A stretch of DNA of 62,779 bases, the filler included, from Bdellovibrionota bacterium (GTDB taxonomy: Bacteria; Bdellovibrionota; Bdellovibrionia; Bdellovibrionales; JAEYZS01): assembly GCA_963169515.1 (NCBI GenBank). It is 5 parts of 5 records of this genome, joined end to end, with 100 filler letters (N's around TTAATTAATTAA, not from the genome) between each part and the next. Parts side by side here need not be neighbours in the genome. Positions count along the whole stretch, not along the records: positions 41,754 to 59,749 come from CAUJEF010000037.1; positions 59,850 to 62,779 come from CAUJEF010000050.1; 3 more parts are not named here. One strand, given 5' to 3'. Both the position numbers and the translations under genes were made by a program. The notes beneath the pieces are model-generated. The model did not search any database. It worked only from the letters and a program-made list of their open reading frames with translations, and was not told the origin of the DNA. Positions 58,384-62,779 of this stretch are shown in pieces. How positions within the stretch are numbered: position 1 is the first letter of the stretch; every line of letters begins with the position of its first letter.

Positions 58384-58413
58384 TTGCCCTCGGCTTGTAG
58401 CCGAGGGTAAAGT
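58384..58413 (+). promoter_or_regulatory. Sigma70-like leaderless promoter overlapping a 9-bp hairpin
   Basis: TTGCCC-N18-TAAAGT-N6-ATG(58420); CCCTCGGCT-tgt-AGCCGAGGG at 58387-58407. Confidence 0.45.
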
Positions 58414-58419
58414 ATCTTC

Positions 58420-59640
58420 ATGACAATCACATTGAAAGACATCCAAAACGCACGCGAGGTGATTAAAGGGTATGTGAAGAATACAGATTTGGATCGTTCA
58501 CGAAGCTGCTCAAGCCTTGTTGGTTCAGATGTCTATCTTAAATTTGAAAATTTACAGGTCACAGGAAGCTTCAAAATCCGGGGAGCAACAAATAAGATCC
58601 ATTCGCTTAGCCCAGATGAAAGAGCGAGGGGCGTTGTTGCAAGCTCTGCAGGGAACCATGCTCAAGGTGTGGCCTTAGCGGCAAAGATATTCGGAGTTCG
58701 TGCAAAAATCGTAATGCCAGTCAATGCCCCCATGGTAAAAGTTGAAGCGACTCGGGCTTATGGGGCCGAAGTCGTTCTCCATGGAAATTATTATGATGAA
58801 TGTTATCAGTACGCGCTAGAATTAGAAAAAAAAGAGGGCCTAGTTTGTGTTCATCCTTATAACGATCCTAAAGTCATTGCGGGACAAGGAACTGTTGGTA
58901 TTGAAGTCCTGGAACGTGTTTCAAACCTGGATTCAATCGTTGTTCCAATTGGCGGCGGGGGCCTAATTAGTGGTATTGCAACAGCAGCCAAGGCGATGAA
59001 TCCAAAATGCAGAGTGATCGGTGCCGTAGCGACAGGCGCACCAGCCATGTATGATTCTTTTAAAAAAGGTAAAGTTATTAACTACGACAAAACCGTTTCT
59101 ACGATTGCAGATGGCGTTGCAGTTAAAAAAGTAACCGAGGAAATTTTTAATTCCTATATTTCAAAAATTGTGGACGATATTGTAACGGTCACAGATGACG
59201 AGATTGCCGAGAGTATGGTTTTTTTGATGGAGCGAAGTAAATCCATAGTTGAAGGAGCCGGAGCAATGTCTTTGGCGGCGGCACAAAAACTAAAATCTTC
59301 CTTAGGGAAAAAAACCAGTCTGATCGTTTCGGGCGGAAACATAGACATGAATGTTATTGCAAAGGTAATCGAGCGTGGTTTAAAAAAGGGCGGTCGTTTG
59401 ACCCGCGTTCATGTTGCCGTCCCTGACAAACCAGGCGTTTTGCGAGACCTGACCCAAATTATTGCAGAGTCTCGGGTAAATATTATTCAGGTGATCCATG
59501 ACCGTACGCTTGAAGGTCTTTACATTGGAGAGACTGCTATCGAGTTTGTTCTTGAAACAAATGGTTGGGCCCACATTGAAGAATTGGAAAAAAAGCTTGC
59601 TGCTAAGGGACGCATTATTAAAAGTACGGTCAAAGCATGA
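58420..59640 (+). CDS. ilvA: Threonine ammonia-lyase with ACT domain
   Basis: ENLQVTGSFKIRGA, SAGNHAQG, GGGGLISG, SGGNID, PDKPG. Confidence 0.93.
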   Translation: MTITLKDIQNAREVIKGYVKNTDLDRSRSCSSLVGSDVYLKFENLQVTGSFKIRGATNKIHSLSPDERARGVVASSAGNHAQGVALAAKIFGVRAKIVMPVNAPMVKVEATRAYGAEVVLHGNYYDECYQYALELEKKEGLVCVHPYNDPKVIAGQGTVGIEVLERVSNLDSIVVPIGGGGLISGIATAAKAMNPKCRVIGAVATGAPAMYDSFKKGKVINYDKTVSTIADGVAVKKVTEEIFNSYISKIVDDIVTVTDDEIAESMVFLMERSKSIVEGAGAMSLAAAQKLKSSLGKKTSLIVSGGNIDMNVIAKVIERGLKKGGRLTRVHVAVPDKPGVLRDLTQIIAESRVNIIQVIHDRTLEGLYIGETAIEFVLETNGWAHIEELEKKLAAKGRIIKSTVKA

Positions 59641-59749
59641 TTAAGATTTCCGATTCTATTCTTAATCTAAAGCCATATCTCCCCGGGAAATCCATAGAAG
59701 AAGTGCGGCGTGAATACGGTTTAACGGACATTGTAAAGCTTGCGAGCAA
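59637..59749 (+). CDS. hisC: Histidinol-phosphate aminotransferase N-terminus, truncated (not in the ORF track)
   Basis: Hand translation MIKISDSILNLKPYLPGKSIEEVRREYGLTDIVKLAS; ATGA-coupled to ilvA. Confidence 0.85.
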
Positions 59750-59849
59750 NNNNNNNNNNNNNNNNNNNNNNNNNNNNNNNNNNNNNNNNNNNNTTAATTA
59801 ATTAANNNNNNNNNNNNNNNNNNNNNNNNNNNNNNNNNNNNNNNNNNNN
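59750..59849. other. Artificial contig linker
   Basis: N44-TTAATTAATTAA-N44. Confidence 0.97.
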
Positions 59850-60707
59850 AAGCATCCCGACAGAAACAAAAAACACGGCGCCAAACAAATCACGGACAGG
59901 TTTTGTCAGCTGAATAATTCGTTCGGACTCACGGGTTTCAGACAAGATAGATCCCATTAAAAAGGCTCCAAAAGCTGCTGAGAATCCAGCATTTGATGCT
60001 AGAACCACCATCAGAAGACAAAGACCAAGCGACACAACAAGAAGTGTTTCCTCATCCAAGACCTTGCGCATATAATTAACAAATGTTGGAATCAGAAAAA
60101 TTCCAGAAACAAGCCACAGGATGAGAAAGAAAAACATTTTCATCCCAGCGTAGATAAGCTCAGCACCTTCGACTGTTTTTGTAACAGCAAAGGTTGTTAA
60201 TATAACCAAGAGCAAAATAGCTACAAGGTCTTCGACAACAAGAATCCCATAAACGGAACTTACAAATTTCCTTCCCCTGATCCTTAATTCTTCAAATGAC
60301 TTCATGATAACTGAAGTCGATGAGATAGACACAATTCCTGCAAGGAAAAAGCTATTTACGTTTCCCCAGCCTAACAGCTGGCCTGTGAAAAACCCGAGCC
60401 CGAACATTATTGGGAGCTCGGTGAATGCAGTTACGGTTGCGCTCCCCCCCACATTCATTAACTTTTTAATACTAAATTCCAACCCCAAAGAGAAAAGGAG
60501 AAATATTACCCCTATTTCTGCCCAAGTTTTAACACTGTTCGCATCTGTGATGCTGAAGAAATAAGGGAAGGATGGGCCAATTAAAAATCCAGCAATGATG
60601 TAGCCAAAAATTATGGGTTGCTTAAGGAACTTAAAGAGAACTGTGATCACCCCGGCGGCAATAAGTATAAGTGATAAATCATGTACAAGATCTGGCAGAT
60701 GATTCAT
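59850..60707 (-). CDS. CPA2 cation:proton antiporter, 3'-truncated
   Basis: QP...GYIIAG, EIGVIFLLFSLGLEFS, SISST, ILVVED, RDLFGAVFFVSVG. Confidence 0.92.
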
Positions 60708-60713
60708 AATTAA

Positions 60714-60742
60714 ATTCTCTATGAAATGCGCATTACTGACAA
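60714..60742 (-). promoter_or_regulatory. Sigma70-like leaderless promoter
   Basis: TTGTCA-N17-GAGAAT-N6-ATG(60707); no SD. Confidence 0.5.
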
Positions 60743-60803
60743 GCGAAGAGTACTCCCTGGGTTTCCCAAATTACCCCATGAATTTGTTTATGCGCGGATA
60801 GCT

Positions 60804-61394
60804 TTAGACTTTTGTTTTAAAAATGTAATCCCAGAGTGGATTAGAAACTCCATACAACTTTCCATCCGTACGAAAATGGTGCTTCATATGGTTGTGCTGT
60901 AGGGCTTTCATTGGGCCTGTCTGATAGCGCCCAAAGTGAGTGAAGAAATGAACATAATCATAGCAAAGATAGCCAACAAGAAACCCAGCATAAAATGGAT
61001 TTGCGAGATCTGTTCCCAAGACAAGCGAAAACAGACCATAAAACAGCGAGGCCAGCAGAATCGCAGGCACGGGCGGCATCAGAAGTCTGCGTTGATCGTC
61101 CGGGTCATCATGATGGATTCCGTGAATTAGAAAAATAAATCGTTCTCCCGCCTTCGTGTTGGGAACGTAGTGAAACATATATCGGTGCAGTAAGTACTCT
61201 GCCAGTGTCCATACAAACAGACCGCTCGCAAATAGACTTATCGTTACCGAAACACCGAGGTGCGCCCCAAGGTATAAACAATACGCTATTACCGGCCCCC
61301 AGATTGCAATCGGCATAATCGGGTGGACGTATGTCATCACCTCAAGAACAGGGTTTTTGAATAATCGAATGTTTTTCCCAGGTTTTAGTGTCAC
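60804..61394 (-). CDS. Fatty acid hydroxylase (FA2H/Scs7-like, sterol desaturase superfamily)
   Basis: EYLLHRYMFH, HGIHH..P.D..RLLMPP, YDYVH...H, HMKHH, YGVS..WD. Confidence 0.88.
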   Translation of the reverse strand: MTLKPGKNIRLFKNPVLEVMTYVHPIMPIAIWGPVIAYCLYLGAHLGVSVTISLFASGLFVWTLAEYLLHRYMFHYVPNTKAGERFIFLIHGIHHDDPDDQRRLLMPPVPAILLASLFYGLFSLVLGTDLANPFYAGFLVGYLCYDYVHFFTHFGRYQTGPMKALQHNHMKHHFRTDGKLYGVSNPLWDYIFKTKV

Positions 61395-61466
61395 CGCGCT
61401 TGCCTTGTATATGATGCGCTAAAATATATTGAGCATTGGTGGGTGCCAAGTCATGATGCAGCTAGG

Positions 61467-61958
61467 CTAAGCATCGATTTCAGAAAAGCACTTCAAATCG
61501 AGAACGGAAAGATCAATAACCTTTTCCAGGCAGTCGATTGAAAAATTAATCATCATTTCTAATTTTTCAATTCGTTTCGCTTCGAATTCGGAAACGTCGT
61601 TCAGTTCCTTTAGCTCATGAAATTCTGTGCGAATTTGCCGAAGCATTTTTAATTCCCGCTCGCGTAGAATATTACAAATAACATTGATCACTTCGCCATT
61701 GGCGGCGTATTTTTTTATTTTAACTGTGCCCTTGATTTCTTGAACGATTTTGAAATCAAGAAGATCTTTGAGCGTTAAACTGATCAGAGCTTTTGAGACA
61801 TTTAGGCGCTGAATGAGATGTTGGGCTGTGATCGGCTGGGACGACAAATAGATGTGGGTCCATACTTGACCGTGGATTTTTTTGAATCCCCAGTACTGCA
61901 TGAATTGACCGACTTGGTCGCTCAAATCGTTTAAGCGTGACAGTTGTTCGTTATTCAT
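61467..61958 (-). CDS. GbsR/MarR-family transcriptional regulator
   Basis: WGF..IHGQVW..IYLS..P, wHTH VSKALIS..LKDL. Confidence 0.8.
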   Translation of the reverse strand: MNNEQLSRLNDLSDQVGQFMQYWGFKKIHGQVWTHIYLSSQPITAQHLIQRLNVSKALISLTLKDLLDFKIVQEIKGTVKIKKYAANGEVINVICNILRERELKMLRQIRTEFHELKELNDVSEFEAKRIEKLEMMINFSIDCLEKVIDLSVLDLKCFSEIDA

Positions 61959-62257
61959 TTGGTTTCTCTCATCAACCTAATCTGTTTATTTTGCAGAGTA
62001 AAGAGATTTAATATGAAGCTCTTCAAGTGTTTTTTCTGCGCAGAGGGAATGAATGGTTTTTCCTGTTACGTTTATGGAATCATAAACTTTGGGGGCGGAT
62101 GCAATCACACGTGCATTACAATGTTGCCTCTGTTCCAATTTTCAACCCAGGTCTTTCGTCACAGATCTAAAGTGCCTCGATCCGATGTACAGCTTTGCCA
62201 CAGAATTGAATTGGCTTGAAGATGGACCTTGTACGATAATTGCAAAGGACCTTCCTT

Positions 62258-62704
62258 ATGATCTTGTACATATTTGTATTTTTCTTTTATGGTTTTGCGG
62301 CCAATGCAAATTTGTGCAACGACCTGTTCCAGGCTGATGTCAAAAATTTTTTAGAAGAGCTCCCAGATCTTCGTGTCGTAGAAATTAATGGTCTAAAATT
62401 TTATATCAATCCACGAGGTTTGGAAGCTTGGCTTTTTGTGAAGGATACCCCAGAGGAAGTAGCTATTCAGCGTGAAAAAATCATAAATGCTTCGGCACGA
62501 ATTCGAGATGGTCGGACCGTTTTCAGGGAAAAGCTGATCGATATGTCACGAGAAGATATTTGGATGGAATCATTTGAGGGTATGGATGTCTTAGGTTTAA
62601 TGCGCTTTCCTCTAAAATCGAATGGGCTTGAAAATACAGATAATATGATCTTGTATGATTATTTAGCTCGGCTGGCTAATGAAATTCACGGGATAGTCAG
62701 ATGA
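62258..62704 (+). CDS. Secreted hypothetical protein
   Basis: Signal peptide ending ANA followed by NLCNDLF; the ORF track begins at 62240. Confidence 0.55.
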   Translation: MILYIFVFFFYGFAANANLCNDLFQADVKNFLEELPDLRVVEINGLKFYINPRGLEAWLFVKDTPEEVAIQREKIINASARIRDGRTVFREKLIDMSREDIWMESFEGMDVLGLMRFPLKSNGLENTDNMILYDYLARLANEIHGIVR

Positions 62705-62779
62705 ATATAGTGTCCAAAATTCCTTCGGGTTTTGTTTGATCTAAATGATGGGCAACAAGGCTCGCCGACCATGGCGGCA

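Noticed and set aside
61432..61448. Sigma54-like TGGCAC..TGCT upstream of the hydroxylase
   Set aside because: GG-GC spacing is one base too long for the strict -24/-12 geometry.
150..62337. Many 60-160 aa ORFs antisense to or nested in the called genes, including 61944-62219 and 62089-62337
   Set aside because: Shadow frames of well-supported genes, or ORFs with no SD and no recognisable motifs.

Overview
Draft-genome window made of five contig pieces (1-17852, 17953-32812, 32913-41653, 41754-59749, 59850-62779). They are joined by artificial 100-nt linkers (N44-TTAATTAATTAA-N44), so gene neighbourhoods must not be read across the joins. Gene content and order suggest a Bdellovibrionota-like predatory bacterium; this is an inference from many secreted hydrolases, Tad, DUF2802, YkuD_2 and the rpsO-pnp-M16-dut and mutL-miaA-yicC-gmk-rpoZ-relA blocks. 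Most of the window is housekeeping and envelope genes. I saw no rRNA, tRNA, CRISPR array or intact mobile element. The most notable observations are: (1) an uncalled 42-aa very basic ORF with a good SD at 7463-7591 that looks like a lineage-specific small ribosomal or RNA-binding protein; (2) a recurring -10 box 6-7 nt before an ATG with no SD, implying frequent leaderless mRNAs; (3) a probable flagellin/surface glycosylation locus with a stand-alone Maf-N-like protein, two GT9 enzymes and an uncalled 57-aa ORF; (4) deoC with a split ALDH16-like pair; (5) a sharp C-to-G synonymous skew switch inside a TadG-like gene; (6) a probable ATT start codon; (7) GGTGCCAGRCACC REP-like palindromes; (8) a gingipain-like C25 protease with no T9SS tail. 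All family calls come from motif recognition, not database searches.
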